A stretch of 62,159 bases of DNA, counting the filler. It is 5 parts of 5 records of this genome, joined end to end, with 100 filler letters (N's around TTAATTAATTAA, not from the genome) between each part and the next. Parts side by side here need not be neighbours in the genome. Positions count along the whole stretch, not along the records: positions 33,728 to 56,830 come from SRR31156797_3668; 4 more parts are not named here. One strand, given 5' to 3'. Below the pieces are notes generated by a model. The model was not told the origin of the DNA and made no database searches. It saw only the letters and a program-made list of their open reading frames with translations. A program made the position numbers and the translations under genes. Positions 39,611-50,023 of the stretch are shown piece by piece; within the stretch, counting starts at the first letter, position 1, and every line of letters starts with the position of its first letter.

Positions 39611-42600
39611 TGATTTTCCTCTCTTCCCGAAAAATTTCTATCCAACTGTTCAATGAGCGCCTGGGGCGGTTTATCCCCGTAGACGCCGTTTTGGTTTCGG
39701 TCAACCCCTCGTAAGAAGAGGTATATGGCTCCTCCCATATCCCTTTGGTACCGGTAATGGGGGAGCCGTGCTTTGAGGAGGCGGTGGAGGGCAAGGGTGT
39801 AGAGAATATATTGCAGGTCATAACGGTGCGTCAGTATGGCACCGGCCATTGACCTTGAACCATAAGCCAAGGCGCTCTCCCCCAGGTGGTTGGATTTATA
39901 ATCCAGTAGGTAGTATTGTCCTTCAAACTCAAAAACCAGATCAATAAACCCTTTCAGCATACCGTTCATGTGAATTTCTTGAAGTGGCGGCCTTTTTGCA
40001 CCGGGCAGTACCCCACGGTTCAGTGCATGATCCAATGATCCCGTGTTGACCCTGTGGGCGGCAAATAGAAATTCCAATTCCGGCCGGCAGCGGGAGGGAG
40101 GCAGGTCCGCCAGGCGCATCCGTACTTTTTGATGGGGCAGGGTGAAGGGCGTTTTAAGGAGAGCCTGAAACCATCGGGCCAGGGCATGGATCCAATTACG
40201 CCAGGCTGAAGGGCTGCATCGCATTTCGATCTGGTCATGAATCCGTTGACGGTCATGGGCTACTTTGTCGAAACCTTTATCCGCAGCCCATTCCAATAGC
40301 CCATGGAGAAATGTTCCAGGCTCCGGTCCCCGGGGAAAGTTATGAATGGAGGGTTTAAGGGGCCCGGTTTCAGGGGATAAAACCGTTTCTTCACCCGGCT
40401 CCCGCAACTGGTCTTCAATGGCCGAACCCGGGGAATCGAAAGGTATTTTAGACTCTTCCGGTTTCCCTTCCGGTGAAGTATAATCCGTTGCCTCCTTTAA
40501 TATTCCGGAATAACTTGTAATTTTCCAATCCCGGAACACCGGGGTGTTATACGTCAGGGCGGGCATGAGGGAATCGGCCACTTCCTTTGGTTTATAAACA
40601 TCAGCCCGGGGCTCAGGCAGCGGTTCAATGGTTATATGCGGGCAATCACCTTTCAAAAAATGCAGCTTTTCGGAAAGATTCCGGGTGGGTATCATTTTCC
40701 CGGCGGAGAGCAGGTAGCCGAAAGCCGATTGATGCAGGGTGCTTTTTTCTTTATTACGTGTGGTCCTGCCCATGACGCCGATGCCCATCCAACAGGCATA
40801 TTGGGCACGGGTTACCGCCACATAGAGCAGGCGAAGGTCCTCCGCCAGCCTTTCCCTGTCCGCCGTCTCAACATCCCCTGCCTCGGAAGAATTCACCCCC
40901 GTGATGAGGCCCCGTTCATCACGAAAGGTGGCCATGACGACATTTTTTCGGGTCGCCTGGCGGAATGAGCAGATAAAGGGTAAAAAAACCAGCGGATATT
41001 GCAACCCCTTGGACTTGTGGATGGTGATGACCCTGATCAGTTCTTCATCGCTTTCCAGGCGAAGGACCTGTTCCGCCGATCCGGTGGGATGCTGTTGTAG
41101 CTGTTCCTCCAGCCAGCGGATCAACCCCTGTGCCCCCTCCCTCTCAAGGGATTTTGCCTGCAGGAGTTCGGCCAGGTGAAGAAAATTGGTTGCAGCACGT
41201 TCACCTCCCGGGGTGGTCAGAAGCCCCCATAACACGCCAAAGTCCTGCAAAAGGTTCCGCAACATGGGTAGAACCCCCCGGTGCTGCCAGACAAAATGAT
41301 AACGGCTGAAACGTTCAACCTCAGCTTCCCAGGCCGCTTCATCGTGGTTTATATGGTCCAGATGCGTCAACGGCTGCCTTAAAATCGGCGTGGCCAGGGC
41401 GGCTTTGAGGGTGCGTTCCCGTCCCGGGAACGCACAGGCCCGCAGCAGATAGAGTATTTGCCGGGCTTCATGGGAATCAAAAACAGACGTTTTATCCGAC
41501 AGGTAAACACTCTGCAACCGCCGTCTATCCAACGCTTTGCGAATGATGTCCGCTTCCTTGCCACTGCGTACCAGGACTGCCATATGCGCCGGACGAAGCG
41601 GCTTCAATGGTTCGCCGGGACTATTTCGGAAACCGGCCCGGGAGGGTTCCTGTTCCGCCAGATTCAAGAGCCGTACGATTTCATGGGCAAAGGCATCGGC
41701 CATTTTGACCAGATAACCATTGCCCCCTGTTTTTAGAACCGGTTCGGTTTGCAGCAAGTGCCGCATGTGCAGGCCGGAGCACGGTTGATCTTTTATCATG
41801 AGCTCCCCTTGGGGGCCTTTTGCCGAAACCGGTTCAAAGGGGATGTTGTCCTTGAAGAGAAAAGGCCCATCGGGATATGAATTCGCCGATCCGAACATTT
41901 GATTGACGGATTTTACCAGCTTTTCGGTGGCCCGATAATTGGCGTCCAGGGTATACGGTTTATCCCCGGTATCCCTACGGGCTTGCAGATAGGTATGAAT
42001 GTCCGCACCGCGAAAGGCGTAAATGGCCTGTTTGGGGTCGCCGATCATCAACAGGGCGGTCCGGGGCCGGCGACCATAGATTCGGCTGAAAACGGCATAT
42101 TGAACGGGGTCCGTGTCCTGAAACTCGTCAATCATGGCCACCGGGAATTGATCCGCGATGAGTTGTGCCAGGTTTTCGTTTCCGGGGCGCTGCAATGCGT
42201 TGTTTAGACGGGTGAGCAGGTCGTCAAAGTCCACGAGTCCCTGCCGGTCTTTTTGTCGCTCATGGCGGTGTCCAATCTCCTTTGCCGCGTGAAGAAACAA
42301 GGCTTTGTCAATTTCGAATCGGCTTAAAATGCCATTGAGCCTGTCAAACGCCTCAAAAGCGGGATGTGCGGGCGGTATTTTGTGATTGTTGGTTCCCTCT
42401 TGAAGACCTGTCAGTGAAAATTTAAGAAGTGTTTGCTCATCCGGCAGCGGGCCGTTTTCATGAACCCAACGTTCCAGTTGATCGATCCATTTTTTTAATG
42501 ACGGGGCGCCGTATTTTTTACCATTCAGGGTTTTATCCGCCTTGGCCTGCTTAACCTTTTCAATTGCGGTTTTAAAATCAACGGACCATTCCCGCCGCGC

Positions 42601-43275
42601 GGTCAGAATGGCTTGATGGCGTTGTTCCAGCATTTCGAAAGGATCCCCCTCCGAACACAGATCCGGGTTTAAAATCGGTTTCACCCGGTTCAGCAAGGCC
42701 TGGGGTGTGTTGCATTTGATCAGGCCCAAAAGTTCCGCCAGCTGTTCGGGGGGAAGATGATAAAAATGGGAACGCCAGTAATCGCAGGCAGCCTCTTCCA
42801 GCAGTTCCCGGTCTTCGGGTGCCAATTCCAGGTCAAAGGGGCTGCCGCATTCAAAGGCGTACTGCCGCAGCATGCGATTGCTCCAGCCGTGAATGGTATG
42901 GATGGCCGCTTCATCCATCCAAAGGGCTGCTTGTTCAAGAATCCCGGCTTGCTCAAGCCATGATTCTTGAGGAAACCCATGGCATAGGCCGTCAAGAAAT
43001 TCATCCCCATTTTTTTCCCCACGAAAAAATGCGGCGGCTTCAACCAGGTTTTTACGGATCCGGTCCCGCAATTCCTCCGTGGCGGCATTGGTGAAGGTGA
43101 CCACCAGGATTTCCGGGGGCTTGAGGGGTCTGTGGAACCCATTGTCCCCGCCGTGCCCCAGCACCAATCTTAAGTAAAGGGCCCCGATGGTATAGGTTTT
43201 GCCTGTTCCCGCGCTGGCTTCCATGAGACGGGGGCCGCGGATTGGAAAGGTCAAGGGCTCAAGATGATTGGCCAT
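39607..43275 (-). CDS. recB: exodeoxyribonuclease V beta subunit
   Basis: EASAGTGKT, TFTNAATEEL, DEFQDTD, GDPKQAIY, HKSKGL, nuclease GFIDL..DYKSN..YDLQ. Confidence 0.96.
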   Translation of the reverse strand: MANHLEPLTFPIRGPRLMEASAGTGKTYTIGALYLRLVLGHGGDNGFHRPLKPPEILVVTFTNAATEELRDRIRKNLVEAAAFFRGEKNGDEFLDGLCHGFPQESWLEQAGILEQAALWMDEAAIHTIHGWSNRMLRQYAFECGSPFDLELAPEDRELLEEAACDYWRSHFYHLPPEQLAELLGLIKCNTPQALLNRVKPILNPDLCSEGDPFEMLEQRHQAILTARREWSVDFKTAIEKVKQAKADKTLNGKKYGAPSLKKWIDQLERWVHENGPLPDEQTLLKFSLTGLQEGTNNHKIPPAHPAFEAFDRLNGILSRFEIDKALFLHAAKEIGHRHERQKDRQGLVDFDDLLTRLNNALQRPGNENLAQLIADQFPVAMIDEFQDTDPVQYAVFSRIYGRRPRTALLMIGDPKQAIYAFRGADIHTYLQARRDTGDKPYTLDANYRATEKLVKSVNQMFGSANSYPDGPFLFKDNIPFEPVSAKGPQGELMIKDQPCSGLHMRHLLQTEPVLKTGGNGYLVKMADAFAHEIVRLLNLAEQEPSRAGFRNSPGEPLKPLRPAHMAVLVRSGKEADIIRKALDRRRLQSVYLSDKTSVFDSHEARQILYLLRACAFPGRERTLKAALATPILRQPLTHLDHINHDEAAWEAEVERFSRYHFVWQHRGVLPMLRNLLQDFGVLWGLLTTPGGERAATNFLHLAELLQAKSLEREGAQGLIRWLEEQLQQHPTGSAEQVLRLESDEELIRVITIHKSKGLQYPLVFLPFICSFRQATRKNVVMATFRDERGLITGVNSSEAGDVETADRERLAEDLRLLYVAVTRAQYACWMGIGVMGRTTRNKEKSTLHQSAFGYLLSAGKMIPTRNLSEKLHFLKGDCPHITIEPLPEPRADVYKPKEVADSLMPALTYNTPVFRDWKITSYSGILKEATDYTSPEGKPEESKIPFDSPGSAIEDQLREPGEETVLSPETGPLKPSIHNFPRGPEPGTFLHGLLEWAADKGFDKVAHDRQRIHDQIEMRCSPSAWRNWIHALARWFQALLKTPFTLPHQKVRMRLADLPPSRCRPELEFLFAAHRVNTGSLDHALNRGVLPGAKRPPLQEIHMNGMLKGFIDLVFEFEGQYYLLDYKSNHLGESALAYGSRSMAGAILTHRYDLQYILYTLALHRLLKARLPHYRYQRDMGGAIYLFLRGVDRNQNGVYGDKPPQALIEQLDRNFSGREENH

Positions 43276-46200
43276 GAATCGTATCCGTTAAAATGGTGTT
43301 CACGAGTGGGCCGTAGATGTGTTCCGCCAGGATTTTGAAACAATGCTGTTCAGCCTGCCAGAGGGCATCAAAATCGGGGTAACATCGTTTTAGATAGATA
43401 CCGTCGGCGTATCCCAGTTCTCCTTGAAAATTGTACCCATCCCCCTCATAGGCTTTTCGGGCCGCTTCCCGTGCTTTTTCAGGAGCCCCTTCCCCGTCAT
43501 CGGAAAACAATAATTTCACATAAGCCAACGCCGTTTTCGCCGTTACGGGAAGGGGCTTCTGAAGCCCCCGCCACCGGAATGTCGTGAGTTGGGTCAGCCA
43601 TTCACCTGCTTTTTCCGGATGAAGCGGCGGCAATTCCGCCAGACCGTCAGGGGCTACCAAGATGCTGGTGAGTGTCATCTTCTGGGCACATCCCGCCAGA
43701 TGCCTGACCCACAGATCCACCAGGCTGTCAAGACGTGAAATCCGATTTTTGCTGTCCAGGATATTTTTGGGATAAAATGTCCAACGTGTATATTGTCCGG
43801 ATTCTTTGGTTCGTAAACCGTCCAGCCAGTCCTCCAGTACTTGGCAGTTACCTCCCCGGATCGGAAAGCGAATTTCCACGGGGGGGGATGGATGGGGATA
43901 ATCTTGGGCCAGCCGGCGATGATGTTTCAGCATTTGCAGAACCGGTTCCGTGAGCGCTTTGGCGCATAGGGGGCCGAAACCGCCGGGCGGCAATTCACCC
44001 GTATGTTGCAGCCTTTGGGCTGCCCGGTGAACCGCCTGGCAGACCGCTTCCGGGCCATCCGAATCCGGAACCGCCAGACCGGCGTTCAACAGTATCTTCC
44101 CCTGGTTGAAAGGCGAGAGCCCGTCCAGGGCAAAGGGTTCCCGGTTTCGGGTAATGGTCCCGGTGTCGTCAAAATAGACGTTCAGCCGCTCATTGAAGAA
44201 AGACTTTACGGGATTTTTAAGGCATCGGATCAATGGGTCCAACCCCGGCGCGGCATGGATTTGTACCGGACCGAGCTTGTCCGTCTCCGATTCCCGGGGG
44301 TCCAACATTTTTCGCCATTCAACCGCATGGGTGAACAGATCCCGGGACCCATTGGGCCGAAAGTAAGCCTTGCTGAAGGGTTGCAGGGGATGCAGCCGAG
44401 CCAGATGATCCAACAGGTCCGGAGCGCTGCCCCCCTCTTTTTTATTCCGTAAGGTGGTCTCAAGTTGCCACCCCCCCGCCAGATAATCCCGCAGTTGGCT
44501 CACCAAAACCGACGGCATCCGCTCAGTGTTGTCATTCACATCGCGGGCGATGTAGCTGATATGGAGTTTTTCCCGCGCCGAGAGCAATGCCTCAAGGAAC
44601 AGGTACCGGTCGTCTTCTCGACGGGATCGATCGCCCGGGCGGTAAAGACCGGGCGTGGCCATCAGATCAAAATCCTTTGGGGGTGTGCTGCGGGGGAATT
44701 CCCCGTCGTTCATACCCAACAGACAGACCACTTTAAAGGGGATGGCCCGCATGGGCATGAGGGTGCAGAAATTGACCATGCCCACCAGAAAACGTTGGGA
44801 CATGTTTTGGTCTTTGAGGGTGCCCAGCAAAGTGTCCCGAACCACCGCAACGCTCAGGGGTTCTTCTAGACCGGCATCCATACAGTCATTTCGCCATGCG
44901 GCGGTGATGTCTTCCAGAAGTCGCCGGATGAGCTGATCGTTGCTGTCGGTGGGCAGGAAAAAATCGTTTAACAACGCCATAATGCGGTCGTACCAGACTT
45001 GCGGAAGACCGGGTTCCTTGAGTGTCCGCCAGTGATTTTCCAAATGACCGATAATGAGATGCAAAGGGCCCATCAGCTCAGCTTCCAACCCGCCGATTTC
45101 CCCGTAGGGCTCAATGTCCCGCCATGGTTCACCCGTACCGACGGCATATCCCAGCAACATCCGGCGGAAACCTGATGCCCAGGTGTTTTCATCAATGCCC
45201 CGGGGCAGGTCAAAAGCTGTCCGCTGCGCACCATCGAAGCCCCAGCGGATACCGGCGCCATCAATCCACAGCTGTAGTTTTTGCAGATCATTTTCCCCCA
45301 GGCCGAAGCGATGGCGAAAGGCGGGGACCTGCAGAAGGTCCAGAAGATCGCTTTGGGTCAACCGTGAGGTGGGCAGATGAAGCAGCTTTTCCAGAGCTCG
45401 CAGCATGGGAAGCCCGGCCCGGTCAGGTCTGTCGGCGATGGCAAAGGGAACAAAACGGGGGTCCTGTCGCGAGAGGTTGCCGAAGACGGATTCAATATGG
45501 GGTGTATAGACATCTATGTCCGGGGTCATGACGATGATGTCTTTTGGTTTCAGGTCCGGGATCCGTTTGAACAGGTCGAGCAGTTGGTCCTGCAGAATTT
45601 CCATTTCCCGTTGGCGGCTGTAGGCCATTTGAAAGGTGATGGAATGATCTTCAATGGATATGATCGATTTTTTTTCATGGGCCTCAGGCAATGGCGTCAG
45701 ATCAAGGATCGCCTGCTGCACCCGGCTCAACAGGGGGACATACTGTTCTTTGGGGGCAAAATCATCAAAAAGATCAATTTCCTCAAAGCGCTTCCGGTAT
45801 GCTTCGGGGCGGTCGTATCCATACAGGAGGCCGATATAGTCCCGGCCCTGTTTCCCCCAGGAAGCCAAAAGCGGATTAACCGTGTGGTGTAGGGATTCAT
45901 GAGGTGTTTTATTGGAGGCCCCGGTATGGGTAAGATGGCGGATCTGTTCAAACTTCAGCAGTTCACGGTCTTCCATGATATCAGCCCAGTAGAACCGGCA
46001 GGGGTTGTGCACAAAAAAAAGTACCTGGCAGTGTCCACTGAGTGCATGAAATGCTTCAAGGGCCTGTCCGGGCAGGGTGCTGATACCGAAAACAATGATA
46101 CGTCTGGGCAGGGTATGGGGACTTCCCGAAAGGTTCCGGGTTGCTTTCAGAAACCGTCCATGCAAGCTGGAACGGTCGGTATGTCGCACCGGGCCAGGCA

Positions 46201-46885
46201 TATCCGATTGTATCAGGCGCCATAGTTCAGCCTGCCAGCGTTGTTGGCGGGGCAGTGGTTCCGGCTTTCCATGGGCATTTCTGATCCGGTCCCGGCCGTG
46301 GGTCCAATCCGCCAGCCAGTCCGCCCGGTAAACCTGATACTGGTCGTACAGATCCGCCAGGCGGCAAGCCAGCTGGTACCGTTTGATTGAGTCGGGGTCA
46401 TGGGACAAAAACCGTGAAATGGCCGAAAAACCGTTCTTATTGGACACTTTTTTCAGTAACCGCAATAACCGCCATTTGAGTGGCGCTTTGTCATAGGGGG
46501 AACTTTGCGGTATTTCCTCCGGTCCCAATACGGCCCGATAGGCCTGCCATAAAAAGCGTGCGGGCAATTGAAAAGAGACCGCCGCACTGATGCCGCAGCC
46601 GTCATTTTCCGCCAGGGCCAGCTTGAGCCATTGCGCCATACCGTTGCTCTGAACGATGAACACTTCATCTTCCAGGGGAGCGAGGGGATGCCTCAGGACC
46701 CACTGGACAGTGAGCCTTCGTAAATCCTCCATGCGGTTTGAATGAATGACGGAAAAACCTGGAGGCAGTTCCGTTTTTTTCCTATCTGACGGGCAGGACA
46801 AAGGTTTTCTCCCAGCGGCTCTTGCTGAAACCATCACGGCATTCACCTGAATGTTTATCCTTTTATGTTGAAAAAGGTAAAGCAA
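43259..46885 (-). CDS. recC: exodeoxyribonuclease V gamma subunit (true start probably downstream of 46885)
   Basis: HSNRMEDL, MAQWL, DQYQVYR, NPC..YW.D, NPLLASWGKQGRD, FCTLMPMRAIPF, DDRYLFLEA. Confidence 0.95.
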   Translation of the reverse strand: MLYLFQHKRINIQVNAVMVSARAAGRKPLSCPSDRKKTELPPGFSVIHSNRMEDLRRLTVQWVLRHPLAPLEDEVFIVQSNGMAQWLKLALAENDGCGISAAVSFQLPARFLWQAYRAVLGPEEIPQSSPYDKAPLKWRLLRLLKKVSNKNGFSAISRFLSHDPDSIKRYQLACRLADLYDQYQVYRADWLADWTHGRDRIRNAHGKPEPLPRQQRWQAELWRLIQSDMPGPVRHTDRSSLHGRFLKATRNLSGSPHTLPRRIIVFGISTLPGQALEAFHALSGHCQVLFFVHNPCRFYWADIMEDRELLKFEQIRHLTHTGASNKTPHESLHHTVNPLLASWGKQGRDYIGLLYGYDRPEAYRKRFEEIDLFDDFAPKEQYVPLLSRVQQAILDLTPLPEAHEKKSIISIEDHSITFQMAYSRQREMEILQDQLLDLFKRIPDLKPKDIIVMTPDIDVYTPHIESVFGNLSRQDPRFVPFAIADRPDRAGLPMLRALEKLLHLPTSRLTQSDLLDLLQVPAFRHRFGLGENDLQKLQLWIDGAGIRWGFDGAQRTAFDLPRGIDENTWASGFRRMLLGYAVGTGEPWRDIEPYGEIGGLEAELMGPLHLIIGHLENHWRTLKEPGLPQVWYDRIMALLNDFFLPTDSNDQLIRRLLEDITAAWRNDCMDAGLEEPLSVAVVRDTLLGTLKDQNMSQRFLVGMVNFCTLMPMRAIPFKVVCLLGMNDGEFPRSTPPKDFDLMATPGLYRPGDRSRREDDRYLFLEALLSAREKLHISYIARDVNDNTERMPSVLVSQLRDYLAGGWQLETTLRNKKEGGSAPDLLDHLARLHPLQPFSKAYFRPNGSRDLFTHAVEWRKMLDPRESETDKLGPVQIHAAPGLDPLIRCLKNPVKSFFNERLNVYFDDTGTITRNREPFALDGLSPFNQGKILLNAGLAVPDSDGPEAVCQAVHRAAQRLQHTGELPPGGFGPLCAKALTEPVLQMLKHHRRLAQDYPHPSPPVEIRFPIRGGNCQVLEDWLDGLRTKESGQYTRWTFYPKNILDSKNRISRLDSLVDLWVRHLAGCAQKMTLTSILVAPDGLAELPPLHPEKAGEWLTQLTTFRWRGLQKPLPVTAKTALAYVKLLFSDDGEGAPEKAREAARKAYEGDGYNFQGELGYADGIYLKRCYPDFDALWQAEQHCFKILAEHIYGPLVNTILTDTIHGQSS

Positions 46886-47042
46886 AAGTTGTCAAAAAGT
46901 GATCCTTTACCCCCCTTATGGCCATTTCTTGACATCTGGATCTTCTTGGAACACCATGGGGTTTAAATCCTGAATGCAGAGGAAAAAAAGCATTTTTGAA
47001 ATTGCGGCTTCAGAGAAGCGTTAAATTACCTGGAGGAAAAGA

Positions 47043-48173
47043 ATGGAAAGCTGGCAGGCATTCTGGAATGTTGTCATGGATGTGTGGAAAAACGGTCTTT
47101 ACGGTATCGATATCGGGCGGATTACGGTGGCTGTTCTCATTTTCCTGGGATTTCTGATTGTTCGGCGCGTATTTTCCAGAGTCCTGGTTCACCGGATCAG
47201 CCTGCTGACCCGGAAAACATCTACCCCTCTGGATGACAAAGCGCTGGAGGTGGTTCAGAAGCCGGTGAGTTTTATTCCGGTGGTGATGGGCGCCTACTTT
47301 GCAATGGAGCACCTAAACCTTTCCGGAAACCTGGAAATCTTTGCAGACCGGCTGGTCCGCTCCCTCATTGTATTCGTTATCTTCTGGGGTCTGGTCAGGC
47401 TGGTACAGCCCCTTTCAGTGTTGTTGCAAGGCTTGGAAAGGGTTTTATCAACACCCATGGTGGAATGGTTTATCAAGACCGTCCGCATTGCTTTCGTCTT
47501 CATCGGCGGCGCCACAATCCTGGAGACCTGGGGCATCAGGGTCGGCCCCATCATCGCGGGTCTCGGTCTTTTCGGGGTGGCCGTGGCTCTGGGGGCCCAG
47601 GATCTTTTCAAAAATCTTATTTCAGGGATTTTGGTGCTGGCTGAGAAGCGTTTTCATCCGGGGGACTGGATCCGGGTCAGGGGTGTGGTGGAGGGGACCG
47701 TGGAAACCATCGGGTTTCGATCAACCGTGGTCCGCAGATTTGACAAGGCCCCGGTCTATGTGCCCAACAGCAAACTTTCGGACGACTCACTTATCAACTA
47801 TACCGCCATGACCCACCGGCGGATCTACTGGATCATCGGTGTGGAATACCGAACTACCATTCAACAGCTTAGGCGTATCCGGGATCGGGTCGAAGCGTAT
47901 ATCCTCCAGTCGGAGTCATTCGCCCATCCGCCGGAGGTCCCCACCTTTGTGCGTATCGACCGTTTCAACGATTCCTCCATCGACATAATGCTCTACTGTT
48001 TTACCCTCACCATCGATTGGGGGGAATGGCTCGAATTGAAGGAACAGCTGGCTTACAGGATCAAGGAGATCGTGGAAGAGGCGGGAACGGGTTTCGCCTT
48101 TCCCAGCCGGTCCTTGTACGTGGAAACCCTTCCCGACGAAAAACCGGAGGTTTTTGTGCCGCCTGAAACCTAA
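47043..48173 (+). CDS. small-conductance mechanosensitive channel, MscS family
   Basis: AGLGLFGVAVALGAQD..N..SG, F..GDWI, GFRST, VPNS, FAFPS. Confidence 0.93.
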   Translation: MESWQAFWNVVMDVWKNGLYGIDIGRITVAVLIFLGFLIVRRVFSRVLVHRISLLTRKTSTPLDDKALEVVQKPVSFIPVVMGAYFAMEHLNLSGNLEIFADRLVRSLIVFVIFWGLVRLVQPLSVLLQGLERVLSTPMVEWFIKTVRIAFVFIGGATILETWGIRVGPIIAGLGLFGVAVALGAQDLFKNLISGILVLAEKRFHPGDWIRVRGVVEGTVETIGFRSTVVRRFDKAPVYVPNSKLSDDSLINYTAMTHRRIYWIIGVEYRTTIQQLRRIRDRVEAYILQSESFAHPPEVPTFVRIDRFNDSSIDIMLYCFTLTIDWGEWLELKEQLAYRIKEIVEEAGTGFAFPSRSLYVETLPDEKPEVFVPPET

Positions 48174-48330
48174 AATTACGATGGTGTCAGATATTTGGGC
48201 GGAAGCTTGTTCTCTGCGTTAATTTCAAGGGTATCAAGCACCATGTGCGTTGCCGTTCCGTGGGCCAGCATCTTTTCTTTATCATCAAAGATTGGGAAGA
48301 CACAATCAAACCATAATCTTAAACTGTACT

Positions 48331-48359
48331 TTGACACGGGAACCCCAATACCCTATACT
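48331..48359 (+). promoter_or_regulatory. near-consensus sigma70 promoter of the STAS/anti-sigma genes
   Basis: TTGACA-17 nt-TATACT, about 88 nt before the ATG. Confidence 0.65.
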
Positions 48360-48446
48360 GCACCCGCTACCCGTTATGGGAATACGGGATCATCACCCCA
48401 TCCATTTTCAATCCTTCAGTGATCTGAAACAGTGGAGGCAAAGTTC

Positions 48447-48782
48447 ATGAAGATTCATCAGATCGGTCAGAAAAAAGAATACCATGTGGTTGCGGTGGAA
48501 GGACGTATGGACGCCGTATCCGCGCCGGAATTCGAAAAATCCTTAAATACTCTTATTGCCGACGGTGTGCTGAAGATCATCGTTGATTTTGAAGGTCTCG
48601 ATTATATCAGCAGTGCGGGTCTTCGAAGCGTTTTGATTATCGCCAAAAAGATACAAAGCAAGGATGGCAGCATTCTGGTTGTCTCCCTTCACGGTACGGT
48701 CAAGGAAATATTTGAAATTTCGGGGTTCAGCACCATTATCCCGATCCATGGATCCGTGGATGCAGCACTTGAAACCGCTTGA
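48447..48782 (+). CDS. STAS-domain anti-sigma factor antagonist
   Basis: GRMD, DYISSAGLR phosphoserine motif, EISGF; RBS ggagg. Confidence 0.92.
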   Translation: MKIHQIGQKKEYHVVAVEGRMDAVSAPEFEKSLNTLIADGVLKIIVDFEGLDYISSAGLRSVLIIAKKIQSKDGSILVVSLHGTVKEIFEISGFSTIIPIHGSVDAALETA

Positions 48783-48856
48783 GACAAAAATCCAATGTCG
48801 ATTTTTAAGGGTTAACCACACAGGAAAGAATGGCGTTTAAGGGACGGTTTCAAACC

Positions 48857-49270
48857 ATGGCGAAAATCCGGCTGCCCGCCAAAATGGAAAATCTAGAAGA
48901 ATTTCTCGATTTTGTTGTCAAAGAGGCCGGCAGGGGAAGGTTTCCGGCGCGCCGGATTTCCGAAATTCGACTGGTTGCGGAAGAAGTCCTGGTTAATATT
49001 TTCTGTTACGCCTACCCTGAGGCGGGGGGGGATGTGTCCATCAATTGTTCCGGGGGGGGAGATGTTTTCGTCCTGGAGATTCTGGACAGGGGAACCCCTT
49101 TCAACATTATGGCGTCTCCAGGCCCGGATCTCTCGTCCTGCCTGTCTGACCGTTGCATCGGCGGGTTGGGAATTCACTTTGTAAAGAAAATGACAACAGA
49201 GGCGCGGTATGTTCGGGAAAAAGAGCAAAATCGCTTAACACTGGTTTTTGAAAAGTGTCGTCACGAATAG
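48857..49270 (+). CDS. RsbW-like anti-sigma factor / Ser kinase (HATPase_c_2)
   Basis: EEVLVNI..YAY, DRG.PF, GGLGI; start may be 48830. Confidence 0.88.
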   Translation: MAKIRLPAKMENLEEFLDFVVKEAGRGRFPARRISEIRLVAEEVLVNIFCYAYPEAGGDVSINCSGGGDVFVLEILDRGTPFNIMASPGPDLSSCLSDRCIGGLGIHFVKKMTTEARYVREKEQNRLTLVFEKCRHE

Positions 49271-49294
49271 CTCCTGTTATGAAAGGAATGAGAA

Positions 49295-50008
49295 ATGGCG
49301 GTTGTAGAATTTAAGTTGGATGAAAAGGTGGCCATGGTCACCCTAAATGATGGTGAAAATCGCTTTAACCCGAGGTTCCTGGAAGGCTTTCTGGGGGTTC
49401 TGGACCGGATTGAAACGGATACGGATGCCGATGTCCTGGTGGTGACCGCCTCCCATGAAAAGATTTTTTCAAATGGGATTGACCTGGATTGGTTGATGCC
49501 CCACGTTCAAAAGGGAGATATTGAAACGGCAAAGGGCTTTTTTTACACCATGAATCGGCTTTTCAGGCGGCTCCTTCTTTACCCCATGCCCACGATTTGT
49601 GCCATTTCCGGTCATGCTTTTGCAGGCGGTGCCATAATGAGCTGCGCCTTTGATTTTCGCTTCATGCGTTCGGATCGGGGGTTTTTCTGTTTTCCGGAAG
49701 TGGATTTGGGGATCCCGTTTCTGCCCGGCATGATCGCGCTCATGGGAAAAGCGATACCCCAATACAAATTTGAGGAGCTTCAGTATACGGGCAAACGGGC
49801 TACGGCTCAAGAGTGCGAAGCCCACCATATTATTACCAAAGCCTGCCATATGGATGATCTGATGGATGAGGCCTTAGGTTTTGCCGGAGGGCTCCATAAG
49901 CGGAGGGAGATCATAACTGAAATGAAAAAGCGGATGTATAAACAGATTGTTCACGCCTTTGACGTGGAGGATCCCCCGGTGATTGATTCGGGTCGGTTCC
50001 ATGTGTGA
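49295..50008 (+). CDS. enoyl-CoA hydratase/isomerase (probable delta-isomerase type)
   Basis: FSNGIDL, GHAFAGG, D.R.M, FPEVDLG. Confidence 0.88.
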   Translation: MAVVEFKLDEKVAMVTLNDGENRFNPRFLEGFLGVLDRIETDTDADVLVVTASHEKIFSNGIDLDWLMPHVQKGDIETAKGFFYTMNRLFRRLLLYPMPTICAISGHAFAGGAIMSCAFDFRFMRSDRGFFCFPEVDLGIPFLPGMIALMGKAIPQYKFEELQYTGKRATAQECEAHHIITKACHMDDLMDEALGFAGGLHKRREIITEMKKRMYKQIVHAFDVEDPPVIDSGRFHV

Positions 50009-50023
50009 TCAATTCCCGTCTTA

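Noticed and set aside
48447-49270. Anti-sigma/antagonist pair without a sigma factor or phosphatase
   Set aside because: A common orphan arrangement; nothing unusual in the motifs.
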